A DNA stretch of 63,523 nt, filler included, from Folioceros fuciformis (Eukaryota), in NCBI GenBank assembly GCA_049999805.1. It is 17 parts of 17 records of this genome, joined end to end, with 100 filler letters (N's around TTAATTAATTAA, not from the genome) between each part and the next. Parts side by side here need not be neighbours in the genome. Positions count along the whole stretch, not along the records: positions 1 to 9,489 come from JBNGIO010003283.1; positions 9,590 to 15,767 come from JBNGIO010003285.1; 15 more parts are not named here. The stretch is one strand, 5' to 3'. The position numbers and the translations under genes were made by a program. The notes beneath the pieces were generated by a model that saw only the letters and a list, made by a program, of their open reading frames with translations, was not told the DNA's origin and searched no databases. Of the stretch, positions 1 to 12,500 are shown piece after piece; position 1 is the stretch's first letter; the number at the start of each line of letters is the position of its first letter.

Positions 1-177
1 TACTGGGGCCCTTCCAAGTGAAGGAATGGTGCCTACCTATTGATGGGACGTGTGGCTAGATTGGTAGGAACGTGATTGGAAGGTAGAAATCGGTAGGGGA
101 GGTACTTGGGCCCTTCCAAGTGAAGGAATGGTGCCTACCTATTGATGGGACGTGTGGCCAGATTGGTAGGTACGTGG
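1..177. repeat. Direct repeat, two copies of ~75 bp (1-74, 103-177)
   Basis: TACT(G/T)GGGCCCTTCCAAGTGAAGGAATGGTGCCTACCTATTGATGGGACGTGTGG occurs twice, about 102 bp apart. Confidence 0.8.
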
Positions 178-962
178 ATGGTAGAGTTGACTAGTGTAGG
201 GGAGTGATACACGTAGCTGACCAGGCTCAAAGGGGAGCGATTCCGGGGAAACCTACAATGACCGTGGGATTGATGTGGCCACGATACATGTGAGCGGGTG
301 CCTGGTAGGGATACCATGCCCGCTTGCCCACAATATACACCATCACAACCCAGCTCAACAATCTAAACTCCTTGTTTCAGGCAGTAAAGAGGTTAGTGGC
401 AAGCTTAGAGAAGGGAATGCTAGGAGTGTACTACATCCGTTAGCTAGAGGAGAAGCAAAGCATTTCAAGACGCAAGGAGCAAACGGTGTTCATCTCCTTC
501 AATGGTTTCTATTAGAATATGTCACCCTAGATATTAGGGACTAGATAGGTACGAAGGGACACACCCATCCACATAGACTATATAAGCACCCTTATGTTGT
601 GACCATGGTACTCATAAGCATTTTCTCTTTTTCCTTCATGTTCTCTTAACCATCCACTTTCCAATATGGCATTATCGAAAACGTATTTCTTCTTTAGATA
701 GTCCCAAACCTTCTTAGAAGTCAGGAGATGCCGAACGACGCTCATATGAGCATCCTTCATGTATGACATGAGGTTGGCACGCCTGCCGGTATTTTGAGTC
801 CCACTCAAGCTTGCTCCTAGAGCCCCCAAGATTGGAGTATGGTAAGTCATGCCTCCAGGTGTAGGGGGTGGAGTAAAAAGACGCGGCTCGCTGCCATCCA
901 GTATGCTAAATAGATCTTCTCAATGAAAAAAGGCGTCAATTTTGCGACTGCATGAGGGATAA

Positions 963-1166
963 TTGGTGCCGTCAAAGAAATTGACAAGCTTTTTCTACCT
1001 CGGCGATGACTCCAGCCATGAGATAAGGGGCTCAAGTATTGTGGCTAGTACCTTGCTTTACGGCCAAGTATCTGAGCTTGACGACGTTCTTTATGTTCCT
1101 CACCTTAGCAACAACCTAGTCTTTGTCAACCACGCTCTCAAAGCCGGTTGTCATGCCCAACAATAG
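963..1166 (+). pseudogene. Degenerate Ty1/copia protease-region fragment
   Basis: FYLGDDSSHEIRG...LDDVLYVPHLSNNLVFV resembles the copia V.LGD...I.G...L.DVLYVP.L..NL.S block seen in the other elements of this window. Confidence 0.5.
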
Positions 1167-1407
1167 GCACCGGAGTGGTGCTCCAGGGATCTGCCGGACT
1201 TGCTCCCAGAGTAAGTCGAATATTTGTTTTTGAATAAATGGCCACTTTTGGCAACGACTCCTAAAACTCGTCAAGCTATTAATGCAAGCAAGTGTGCAGT
1301 CGTGGGGTCCATCGGGGTCCACCACTCTGACACTGGTAGCCAGTGGAGCTAGCATGCCCTCGGTGGAGTCAGGCATGCACATAGTCATTACCTCATACAT
1401 GCACAGC

Positions 1408-1551
1408 CAACTCACATACACCCATGTATGCCGGGGTCGAACAACTCACACATGCCCGTGTATCCCGGGGTCGAAACAACTCACATACCCCCGTGTATGC
1501 TGGGGTTGAAACAACTCACATACGCCCGTGTATGCCGGGGTCGAAACTCAT
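1408..1551. repeat. Minisatellite, ~35-bp unit x4
   Basis: Unit CAACTCACATACGCCCGTGTATGCCGGGGTCGAAA, head-to-tail, no spacers. Confidence 0.9.
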
Positions 1552-2471
1552 ATGGACGTCGTTGCCACAATTTGCGATGGCAAACACTTCAAATCCAGTT
1601 TTCAAGTAAGGTTGTTTTTCTTCAGTACTAAAGGGAAGTATAGAGGACTCATTCTGAAGCTCACGTCAAGAGCTTTCTTCTGAATCAAGAATCAAAGTAT
1701 ACGGGTAAACATGGAGACAGAAAATTACATTCAAAGAATGAGTTGGTTGTTATCTTCTTTAACACATAGCAAGACATATACTGGACCATATTAAGATTGA
1801 GATAGCTTTTTCTGAAGCTACAATAAGAGCATTTTTTTCTAATGCATTCTTACACCTAAGAATCAGTATAGACACTAGAATGGACATTCAAAGAACTCAT
1901 AACAAAAGCTGAGTTGGTTTTCTTCTTTCACACATAGCTCAAAATGTCTTCAACAAAAACAGGGTACAGATGACTCATTTTGAAGCTTGAATTGAGAGCG
2001 TTTTTTTGAATCAAGCTATGGAGTTTGTGGGTAAGTATGGAGACTATGAAAACCATTCAAAGATATGATGGTAGAAGCTAGTTGTTGACCAAGATCACAC
2101 TTGATTCTCATCTCGTAGGAGGACTGTGGACATCTTCTCCTTCCTCACCTTCTGCGGATGCTTCCAGCTATTTGCAAGCTCAACAATGCTATTTTTGCGT
2201 TTCAAACTATCGTCAAGACCATTGTCCATTTTGTTGAGCTGAACAGAATTCAAGGTTTATGCTCCACATAATCGGGCTTCTACTTGTTGTAGTTGACATA
2301 ACAGAATGTTGGCGCCAGCTTATGCATGCTGAAGCAAAGAAGGATTTGCAAATTATACAAGATCCTGCAGTGCTTGAATTGTATACTCCCAATCTTTGTA
2401 TGAGCATTTTTGTAGCATAGCTTGAGGATTGTTGGAAGCTTGCACCCCTCCGACACATGATGTGTCCTCTC

Positions 2472-3852
2472 CTACATGACAAGGTTTAGTGTTTGTTGAA
2501 GATTGTTACGTACAAGTGTGAGAAGGAGGTCCCGAGTTGAATGCAATTGCCCTTTCATTTGTAATACCTTTGCTTGGTGTTTGCAGAAAAAGCCTTGCAT
2601 TCCTCTTGGACAATTGCAGCATGCCCAGTCCCCTACAGGATTGTAAACTGTGTATATCAGCCTTTTATTTGTGTAGCTTTGCACAGGAGCTAGTTCTAAA
2701 TCTTCAATAGGAAGTGTAACATGGTCCTCAGGTATAGAAAGAGAGCCCCTCATTGCATTTTCAATAATCACCTCTTGCTTTCCATTGTGCTTGAAGCCAT
2801 GTTGTTTTGTAAAGTGCTTGTGCCAATACACTTTGCATATTGTATTCGTTAGTGTATGGAGCAACCAATCCATACGCCGACCTCGCAATCGCATAAAATC
2901 ATGGCTCAACATGGACTTTAGGAAGCCATGCCAAGCTTCAATTGATGAATTGTAGTCCTGGCCAGCATGTGGCATGGTCCTGGAATACTTTAGCCACATA
3001 GGTAGCACCCCCTCCCACTGGTTCTTGAAGAACTGAATGAACTCTGGAGCTTCTCTTTCATAATCCACATATAATTGTTGTAGCGTCTTCCTAGCCTCAG
3101 CTTATGTGTGCCAATGACGAGAAACCTACATGATGTCACCAAGGCGACTAAAGATTGCCTCTCTTGTCCTCCATTGCCTAACCTTAAGCAAAAGGTGTTG
3201 TAGCCAACATTTTCTAACATGCCATAAACATAGCAAGATTGGTACAGCCTCCCCCCATATGGCTTGTAGAGCACCTATTTCAGCAAGAGCATCATCCACA
3301 CGGAAAGCACTGGGTTGCCATAGTGGACTATGATGCTGCATTTGAAATGCATACAACCACGCTTGGATATCCTCCAGTTTACCATTGTTCATGATAATCC
3401 AAGCAGTAGGGACTCCACTATAGTAATTATCAAAGACCAACAAGGTGTACAAGTGGAACTTGTACTTATTGGTGCCAAAAGTGGCATAAAGGAGGATTAC
3501 ACTATTATTTCCAAATTGAAGCATCATAGACCTCTGAAAAGTTGTTTGCACCCCTAGTGTAAAGGGGCCTGAATTGGAATGGTACCATACGATGTTATTG
3601 TGAGCTTCTATCCACATCTGGACACTTATCTCATCATTCAGATGATACTGGTAAAAGCCTGTGGTAACAGTTGATGCAATGTTATCAATGTCATGAGGTT
3701 GAAGGAAGTCATCATGACAGGGTTCATACCCACATGCCTGTGCTTTCAGATCCACTCTTTGAACGTGCTCTAAATAGATCTATCTTTTAGTGGCCCCTGC
3801 AAAAAGTCTGTGTTGGACCCATGTTCGTATCTCACTACTCAAATGAGCAGCG
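2472..3852 (-). pseudogene. MULE (Mutator-like) transposase with C-terminal SWIM zinc finger, disrupted
   Basis: ORFs 3126-3755 and 2472-3068 carry ATFGTNKYKFHLYTLLVFD, GVPTAW, DDALAE, LLCLWHVRKCW, NSSIEAWHGFLK and the SWIM motif WACCNCPRGMQGFFCKHQ. There are in-frame stops, and the first catalytic Asp appears as Tyr (LLYATF). Confidence 0.8.
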
Positions 3853-4181
3853 TGTAGGGTTATTGAAGCCCAATGTGCCTAGACCAATGTGTTTAGTCTA
3901 AGATTAGTGTCTAGTTAAGTATCATTAGTTTAGATTAGCTTAAGCTAATCTGTAGGAAGCTTCCTGTGCGCTTCTTGTGAAGCTTCATAGAGAGCTCTTC
4001 TAAAGGATATAAATACCCCCTTGAGCTCCTTTGTATATTGAGACTCATTGTGAGAGTGTGACCTCTCTTTCTCCACTCCTCCTTGCCTCCTCCTCTCCTC
4101 TCCCTCACCATGTAGCTCTTTGTAGAGAGCCTTCAAAGCTTACTGAAGAAGAGGACCAACAACATGAAGATAATCCTCACA
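3853..4181 (+). mobile_element. Solo LTR (329 bp) inserted in the MULE relic
   Basis: Begins TGTAGGG, ends CTCACA and is flanked by the direct repeat GCAGCG (3847-3852, 4182-4187). A related copy lies inverted at ~15340-15690 and an end of the same family at 16020-16035. Confidence 0.8.
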
Positions 4182-4214
4182 GCAGCGATGAGCTGCCTTA
4201 GTCTTCAGCGCTCG

Positions 4215-4934
4215 GAAGCCTAATGTATCTAATGGTCTACACTAGACCGGATATTTCATTCTTAGTGGGAGCCTTGTGTAAGTACTTATCAGCTCCTACT
4301 CGAGCTCACTAAAAAGTAGTGAAGAGAATCTTTAGGTACCTAAGGGTTACCTTAGATATGGGACTTCTCTATCACTCTCAAATCTAACAACATCAACCCC
4401 TACAACTTGAGGGGTTTAGCGACGCCGACTGGGCCAGCAACTTCGACGACAGAAAGAGCATAAGTAGCTATGTTTACCTACTTGGTGGGATAGCAAAATG
4501 CTGGAGCAGCAAACGACAACAAACAGTCGCACTCAGCTCAACAGAGGTGGAGTATTGCTCCTTAACCCACGCATGCAAGGATGGACTTTGGCAGCTCTAT
4601 GAGCTCAAGGAGTTAGGAGAAACTCAACGGATATCAAGACCCTTGTACTATGACAATCAGGGTGCTATCTCACTAACCTACAACTCGAAGTTCCACGCTC
4701 GTACCAAACACTAAGAGGTACAATTTCATTTCATGAGACAAGTTGTAAACGATAATAAGTTCATGGTACTCTACTGCCCAACGGAGCAGATGACAGTGGA
4801 CGTGCTAACAAAGGCACTCATCAGCGTGAAGCATCAAGAACATTCAGCCAACATGGGGTTGAAGAGGCTATCCAAGTTAACGAAGTACATGTAAGACAAA
4901 GGATCCAAGCCTAAGGCCTAAACACTAAGTGGGA
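4215..4934 (+). pseudogene. Degenerate copia RT C-terminus/RNase H followed by PPT
   Basis: Reads LMYLMVYTRPDISF, FSDADWASNFDDRKSISSYV, KRQQTVALSSTEVEY, KFHARTKH with many stops; purine tract AAGTGGGAG near 4927. Confidence 0.8.
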
Positions 4935-5785
4935 GTATTAATAATAATAGTATTTAGGCCTACCAGGGCACGATTCACCCTAGGTCAGGATACCAACGAG
5001 CATAAGTGAAACGGTTACAACCACACAGCGTCTCGCTCGTGACACTTGACTCTGCACAAAGGTGCAAACCTTCTATGCTTCAATCAAATGCTAAATCTAC
5101 CACCTGAACATCCATCGCTCTCGCCTCTTGCTCCATTTACACATGCCTGCATCACGGTCACTCATCGTGCCAGTAGTGACTGTACAACGACGTAGTAATT
5201 GTGCAAGGTGTTGTATGGAGTATTGGAGGAAAACTGTTCCGAGGAAATATTATAATATTCATAGGGGTTAGAATGATTTTAGGTTTGCGTCTTGCAGATC
5301 TTTGTCTCGGTTACTCCCTACAGAAGTTTTACCAGCTAGAAGAATGTGGCCAGGCCAAGGCATATCGCATTATGATGTGCCTTCGCTAGGGGATTTCGTG
5401 TTGCGCAATTTCTTTTTGGTAAGAGCGAAGGTGTCCATAGGGTTTGCTATCCGTGTGGTGATACCGAGCATTGCTCTTTGCACTTCAATGATAACAAATT
5501 CTACAGTTCAAAAGATTGGAGTCCTCCACTTTTCTAGGTGTGGGGAACAAACTAGAAGTGCACGATTTGATCTTTTCCACGTTCATAGCAATGAGCCTCA
5601 CGTGTGATCTCTCTGACTCTAACCACCACAACAACGCGCTTCCTTGTTCACCATGAAAGATGTCGAGTACTGTACGTAGTTAGCCAACCTTTTCATACAC
5701 AAGACTTAGGTTGGTTAGCTTCCTTTTGACAAATGGGTTTTTAGTCTTTTTGGAGGAGGAACTCGCATGACATGATTTCATGTTA

Positions 5786-7467
5786 CAGTCAGACCCCTGT
5801 AATTGGGAGCAATTGGGAGTAGCAAAAATCGTCCCATTTAGAGGGGTTCCTGTTTAGGCATTTTTATCTTTTTTGAAAATAAAAATATTTAAAAAAAATC
5901 AAAAAAATCCTTTAAGTCAAAAATTTGAGAGAGCTTAAAAGCTTCCAAAAAATCCAAAAAAATCCAAAATGCTCCCTCATACTACATAGCTGCCAACCTA
6001 ATTCTAGTTTGGAGGGTTAAAATAATCCTCAATCCTTGATTGGTGTTGAGTTATCTTTGCTATCCTCATAGCATTATCTACAACATCCTTTGTCGTACAC
6101 GGTCTTGGCACTATGGTTTCCACTGACGTTATATCATTCTCCTCACCCTCCTAATTGACAGGCGGAGGGATTAATGCTTGCTATATTTCGTCATCTATAA
6201 AAATATACGTAGTCTCCAATCCTTCATCCTCCTCAAAGTTCAGATACTCTTCAACTGTCATCGTTGGATATCTAAGATCAGCAATTCTTGTCATATCCTT
6301 AGATGTTAATAATGCTAAGCTTCGCATGGACTGTTGTAGCCCTTCTACCTACATTTCCAACAAATTAGAGTGATTTTGAGGATTGGACAATGGATCCTCT
6401 GGATCATATGGTGCGCTATTTAGATCCAAAGACCCACGGAACCGAGCATCTTGTGCACGCAATTCCGCATCCAAAGTGCTATGCCTCCAACAATTGTGTA
6501 TGGTATGAGGACTCACAAATGAAGTCCAAGCTTTTACGAGCATAACTATTGCTTGATATACATCAATAGTTGTAGCAGCATTGTCTATGATCTGGTTGCA
6601 TTGGTACGAAATCATCCACTTGCGATATTGAGCCTTGAAAGAATGGATGATCCCCTGGTCCAAAGGTTAATATACGCTTGTCACATTGGGTGGAAAGAAA
6701 ACTACCTTTGTAACTTGCAATTGAGCTGCATTACCAAATCGATGCCTAGGACAATTATCCACTATAAGTAACACTCTAGTCCGCCCTGATGTAACCATCC
6801 TTTGGTTAAAATCTAGCAAAAACTTCTCAAACAACTCTATTGTCATCCATGCCATTTGGTTTGCAAACCAGATAATATTCAAATTCTCGGGATTTTGAAC
6901 ATTCATGACGGAAAAAGCATGAGGCCTAAGATATCTATTAATCATGAAAGGTGGCAACTTGCAAGATCCATCAACATTTGTTGTCAGTCCAATTGTCAAC
7001 CGGTCCTTAAACTGCTTTTGTCCTGCAACACGCATTGTTGCAAGTGTCATGTTCGGCGGTGCTCTAAAGAAAAGACCAATCTCATTCATATTAAAAACAT
7101 TTGCAGCTCCATAATCAAGAACTTGAAGTTGCAGCTCTCTAACTACTGCCTTCACTACTTTTGTATTGTCAACACTCCCTATCTCTCCATGTATGACAAT
7201 TGATTTAAAATTATACCTTTTCTTCCAACGAGCAACCCAACCTCTATGGTATATCATTTTTGGTCTCTCATCTTCAAGAATCCTCTCGTGGAATTTGGAA
7301 GCCATCTCATGAAGCAAGTCATCTGAAATTGTGGCACCTTGAGCTTGGATTGCAAGAGCCCAAACGTGTATTGCGTGGTCAACTTGTAGGCATATGACTG
7401 GTCTATCCCTTATTCCTGCCATATTAGCTGTTGGACCAATGGCAGGGTCTAACCATTTGTCTTTGTC

Positions 7468-7515
<48 letters not shown>

Positions 7516-8027
7516 CTCTGTTGTCCATATAGTCAACTCTTTAAGTATGCAAGAGTGTTGGACATAATATTCAGAAACCTCTTTCTTTTGTTGCTTTGTT
7601 AGCGTAGTATGCTTGCGCGGCGGCTTGGGCTGCATTGTTCTTACACGTCAAAGAGAATGGGCAAGGAACACAAACAAAATATCTCACAGCAAGACAACAA
7701 CTTACAACACCATAAGACAACTTGTACAATGAAACAAGTTATGTACTAGGAACAATGCTTGCGATCACAAAGCGTAATGTTCAGAACTACTACAGGCCCA
7801 ATCTCGATGACTGTCTATGTTTTATGATATAATCTTGATAGCCTATAACTTAATATAATCTCAATAACTTATAATTTAAAAGGAGAAAATATATATTTTC
7901 TTCTTTTACAGAGATATACTTGCATTGAATGTTTGGGAGACATATTCCATTTACAAATTAAAGGGATTTTCATTTAGCATGTTGCACATTCAAGGGAGTA
8001 AGGGTCTCAATTAAATGGGTTTGACTG
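5786..8027 (-). mobile_element. pogo/Tigger-like (Tc1/mariner superfamily) DNA transposon, 2242 bp
   Basis: 23-bp TIRs CAGTCAGACCCCTGTAATTGGGA versus CAGTCAAACCCATTTAATTGAGA (19/23 match); TA on both sides (5784-5785, 8028-8029); internal transposase. Confidence 0.9.
6349..7635 (-). pseudogene. pogo/CENP-B-like DDE_1 transposase, inactivated
   Basis: HTH (LTKQQKKEV), CENP-B-type HTH (RGWVARWKKRY), VFNMNEIGLF (catalytic D read as N), KDRLT, AWMT, LLIVDNCPRH and PPNVTSVY*PLDQGII with a TAA in place of Gln. Confidence 0.85.
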
Positions 8028-8451
8028 TAATTTTCCATATAAGAGTCATTAATACCTTTCTACATGCTGCAACTTGGTCTCACTTGAAGGCCGTTAACGC
8101 GATCGCCAACAGGTTAGGAGAGTCGCAGAAGGGGCGCAGCGGTTCGGGAACGTCGTGGAAGCCGACGACCAAAGGGTCGAAGAGTGTAGGAGGGCTTGCA
8201 GTCCAAGCCAAGGCGAAGGAGACAGCCTTTACATAGGAGATGTCCTTTACAGTTCCGACAGATGGTGCTGTAGATGATGCCTAACCTGCTCCAATCAATT
8301 CGAGGGAGCCACGCGTGGGTTTGCTCGCCATCGTGCTTGTGCAGGCACTGACATTGCAGAGCTCACAACGCGGTCGCCGAGGCCACGCCCGGGTATGTAG
8401 GATTCAGTGGAGTTCCGGTTTGAGCCAGATCTAGGCTGAGCCGACGGAATC

Positions 8452-9489
8452 ATGGGGAGCACGAGGAATCCAGAGGACGAGTGGAGGTCTGCACAACCAA
8501 TACAAATCAGCGTGGATTTGATTGAAGCAGCCAAGCTCTTGTTAGATTTCCTTTCTGAGGTGGAGCGGTATCCATGTTTGTATTGGGACGAGAAAGCCAT
8601 CGCACGAGCCATCAAGAGGTAGTGAGGTGTTGTGTGCAGTTTTGGTGGATCACGTGGAACATATTCGTGGAGAATTGAGACTCTTGACAATGTGTGCTGT
8701 GGTCCAGGTATAAGTCCTGCTGGCTACCTCTGCCAGCTGAGGCAGATGGGCAGCATCTCGCTCCCCCTGTAGACTGTGCCTGGATCTGGCATTGTCATCG
8801 CCTCAGCCCCGTAAGTGATGCAGCCTTGCAAACTTTGTCCATAGATTCGCTGTGTTGAGCATGTGTGACGGTTGCTGAGCACTGTCTGCTGGAGCAGGTT
8901 CAGTATGCAAACCACTGTAAGGAACTGTACGGGAAAATCATCGATGCTCCTCCGCTGGCGGGGGTAAGGCCGCACACGGCGAAAGCAGAAGACCTTTGTG
9001 CTGTGGGGGAAGCGGTATTCGGATGAGCCTTACTTCCTTAACCTCCGAGCTTTCCCAAACACTAGCGGGATGGTCCTGGCACAAGCTCCTGGATCTTCGC
9101 AACCGCAAACCGGTGATTGCAGCTATGACTTGGCTGCGGCAGTGGCCAGGCAGAGATCCTTCGTCTACCAGGTGGTTCTCTCACGAATCTTTACTCCCGC
9201 CTCCCAGCTGCTGGCTTTTGAAGCAGGACGACGGTTTCTGATGCACGTCCCTAGTCTGGCTGGCCATGACTAGGGACGCCATATATATGGCGGACGCAAG
9301 GTTTTTGGAAGTGTCTTTGATGCGCTACAAAGCCTTCCTCTATCTGGCTCGTGTGAAACAATCCAGCCAGGCAGGCGACGTGTTTCTGGTGCCCACCTAC
9401 GACATCCATCTGTTCTGGCACGCCCATCAGCTGTGTCCTGTGGCTTATCAGGCTGACACGACGAAGCTTCTGGGAAGAATCTTCAACCA
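8452..9489 (+). CDS. GRDP: Glycine-rich domain-containing protein (GRDP, DUF1399 family), 5' part, intron-containing, 3'-truncated by contig end; apparent frameshift in exon 3
   Basis: Exon 8452-8618 reads MGSTR...ISVDLIEAAK...AIARAIKR; GT-AG intron; exon 8708-8810 reads YKSCWLPL...PPVDCAWIWHCHRLSP; exon from 8898 reads VQYANHCKELYGKII...LWGKRYSDEPY...YDLAAAVARQRSFVYQ; the last exon reads RYKAFLYL...FLVPTYDIHLFWHAHQLCP. All are DUF1399 motifs. The acceptor of the last intron is uncertain. Confidence 0.8.
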
Positions 9490-9589
9490 NNNNNNNNNNN
9501 NNNNNNNNNNNNNNNNNNNNNNNNNNNNNNNNNTTAATTAATTAANNNNNNNNNNNNNNNNNNNNNNNNNNNNNNNNNNNNNNNNNNNN
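9490..9589. other. Artificial contig spacer (first of 16)
   Basis: 44 N + TTAATTAATTAA + 44 N (stops in all frames). Identical spacers start at 9490, 15768, 19241, 25978, 27469, 33749, 36278, 43647, 47870, 49030, 50234, 52337, 54815, 56180, 59436 and 62248. Confidence 0.97.
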
Positions 9590-12500
9590 GTAGAAGAGAG
9601 GGCACATCTATGGAGACCACATGGTAGATAGGCCTCTTAGAAAATGGGTGGTATTTGTTTTTTTTTGGAGTTTTGATAGAATTCCTTGAAGACATAATTA
9701 GGAAACTATGTTAGATAGGGCTAGATTAGATAGGATGATCAGGGGATAGCGGTGGGGGAGTTTAGAAAGGCAAGAATCGTCTAGCTAACTCGTGGCCGTG
9801 GAAAATGCGAAGTAGGGGGTGCTTGTGGAGAGGGGTGCCGGCGTGTGTGGAACCCTAAGTCGAGCATGTGAGGGCAAGTTGTGTCCTCAGGAGCGTGCGG
9901 AAGGGGGTTGGGCATAGGCGTGTGGGTGGCGTGCTTGACTTGCCGTGGCCTTACCTAGGTGCGCTGGGTGCTGAGGATCTAAAGGCAGGCAGCTCATCTG
10001 GCTGGCAGGCTTGGCAAGCTAGCCTGGCCTCTAGGCGGACGAATCCGACAAGCAGCCAGGCTGGGCAGGCTAGCTCCCTGGCTAGATATGGAGGCCAGAG
10101 GTTGGCTAGTGGCCTCTGGCCAGTCGGCCTAGGCAAGCAAGCGATGGCCTAGGGGGCTGGCCAGCCAGGCCGGGGGGGGAAAAGGGCCGGACGGATGTGG
10201 AGGAGCTGTAGGGGGTGCTGCACCAGGCTGGCTGCAATCGGGGCCGGATCGGGTGGCCGACAGGTGGCTCGGCAACTGCTGGATTTGAAAAGCCAGCAGG
10301 AGGCCTAGCGGCAGTCGCATCCAGGCTAGGCGGCTGTGGGCTTTGGGGTGATTCGGGCTCTGGCTGATAAGCCAGCAGCCGCCAACCCAACAGATTGGGC
10401 TGCAGGCAGCCAGAAGCGGCTGGGGAACCGAGCAGTGTCTGGTTGCAAGACCCAAGCAGCCAGGCAAGCTGGCTACTGGCCTCCAAGCAGACGACCGGCA
10501 GGTAGTCAAGCCGGGCGGGCTGGCTGCCTAACTAGAACCGGAGGTAGGAGGTTGGGGTCTGACCTCAAAGTGGGCGGCCTGGCTGGAGCTGACGGCTGGC
10601 TGCCCACCAGATCCGGAAGGCAGGAGGCCGGGTGGCGGCCTCTGGGGTCAGAGAATCTAGGTGGTCTGGTAGCGGCAGTGGAGCGGGCAGTGGCTGACTG
10701 ATCTTGGAGCCATGCAGTCGGCGGCTGGCGGTGAGGCCAGGCGGGCTCTAGGCAGGTAGGCCAGCTTGCAGCGGCTTGTAAGCGGCCTAGCAGATGCTGG
10801 ATCGCTAGGCAGCTAGGCTGCAGTGGCTGAGACAGCTAGCTAGCGGGATCAGGTGGCCTCAGGGGTGGATTAGGTGACAAGCCTCGGGAGGAGTTGGCGG
10901 CTTGGCCGGATCCAGAGGGGCAGCAGGCCTCTGGAAGGTGGCCGGATCCAGGCAAGCAGAAGGTAGCACATCCAGGCTGGTGCAAGAGAATCAAACCCAG
11001 ACAAGCCATGGCAGCTGAGCAGGGGGCCGAGTCGCAGCGGTCCTGCGATCCGCTGGCCGGGGTGGAGCCAGGTAGGGGCTGGCTGGTGGGCACGTCCTCC
11101 TTGCTAGCCGGATCTAGATAGCCCAGAGCTGGCCAGGCGGCGGTTGTGGCAGCCTGTAGGTGGATCTGCTGGCTAGCTGCTTGGCCAGATCTAGGAGGAC
11201 AGGCCGGCCTGGCAGGCGGTCTGGAGGGTGGTCGGGCCAGTGGCGGCCCGGCTGTGCGACCAGTGGGACTGGCCGGCTGGATGCGGCTGCGGGCGGCCGG
11301 ACTGGTTGTGACTGCAGGCACGCAACCAACAGGCAGCTTGGTAGAGGCCTAGCTGGTCGGCGGCAGGCTGGCTGGCAAGCGGCCGGCAGGAGATCCTGCA
11401 GGTGGATCCGACTAGGCAGCCGCCTGGTGTAGGCAGGTTGGCTGGAGGAGATCCTGGCCGGCAAGGCGAGGAGCACGGGGTGCCGCTAGAGCAGGTACCC
11501 GCGTGGCGGCTGGCGGGTGGCTCAGCGTGATCTGGGGCCAGCCAGGTGGGCTGCAAGCAGGGCTGGGGGGACGATGGATCCAGCAGCCAGGTCAACTAGC
11601 TAGACCATGGCCAGCCGGCGGCTAGTTGGATCATGGCCAAAGCAGTTGGGCTGCAGGTAGGCACGGCCACAAGGCCGGTTGCGAAAGAGGCTGGAGCGGA
11701 CTAGGCAAGATCCGGGCTGGATCCAAGTAAGAAGGGAACTGGACCGGGACCAGGCGGGGTGCAGGCGAATCCTGGCAGGCAGGAGGCAAGCTAGGCGGTC
11801 CAGTTGTCCAGGCGGATCAGAGGTGGGCACTGGTCGGATTGCTAGGCAGCCAGCGGGCGGACCAGTAGCAGGTTGGCAAGCAGTCAGAGGGTAGGCAGGT
11901 CCAGTGCTGGCCGGATCACGGCTGGTAGATCAATTGGGGGCAGGAAGCTGCTCTTGTAACCCTGGTGGAAGGCTCTGGTGGAATCAGCGGCCAGATCCGG
12001 GCTGAGGTCCCGGCTGGATCCAGCGGGCAAGGTGGCCACAGGGCAAAAGGTGGGAAGATGGATCACCAGGCGGGTGCAGGCAAGCAGCCAGGGCCGGCTA
12101 GAGGTGACGGGATCCGGTAGGGGCAGGCTGGCTAGTTGACTTTGGTTGGCTGGCTAGCTGGACGGCTTAGGAACGTAGGCTGGTTGGCTATAGGATCCCA
12201 AACAGGTTGGCGACCAGTCGAATCTGGGCAGGCAAGCGCCCCAGCAGTGTAGAAACCCGGCTGCAAGTGGATCCAGGCAAGTCGGGCATGGGCGGGACGG
12301 GCGGATTGAGCTAGGGCCACCTAGGGTGGCCGACAGGCCAGGGGAATTGAAGGTGGACAGGGAGGCAAAGGTGGAAAAATGTGTGTGTTTCCCTAGTAGG
12401 CAGGAGGCGAGGAGGATGGAGGTGGATGATGTGAAGTCTGCAAGGGCTGCATTACGCCAGGCCATGCTCAATGTGGTCCGCAGGGGAGACCTTATCACCT

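Noticed and set aside
1408-1551. 35-bp repeats of CRISPR-like length (also the 37-bp array at 43747)
   Set aside because: Head-to-tail units with no unique spacers, no cas genes, and a eukaryotic context.
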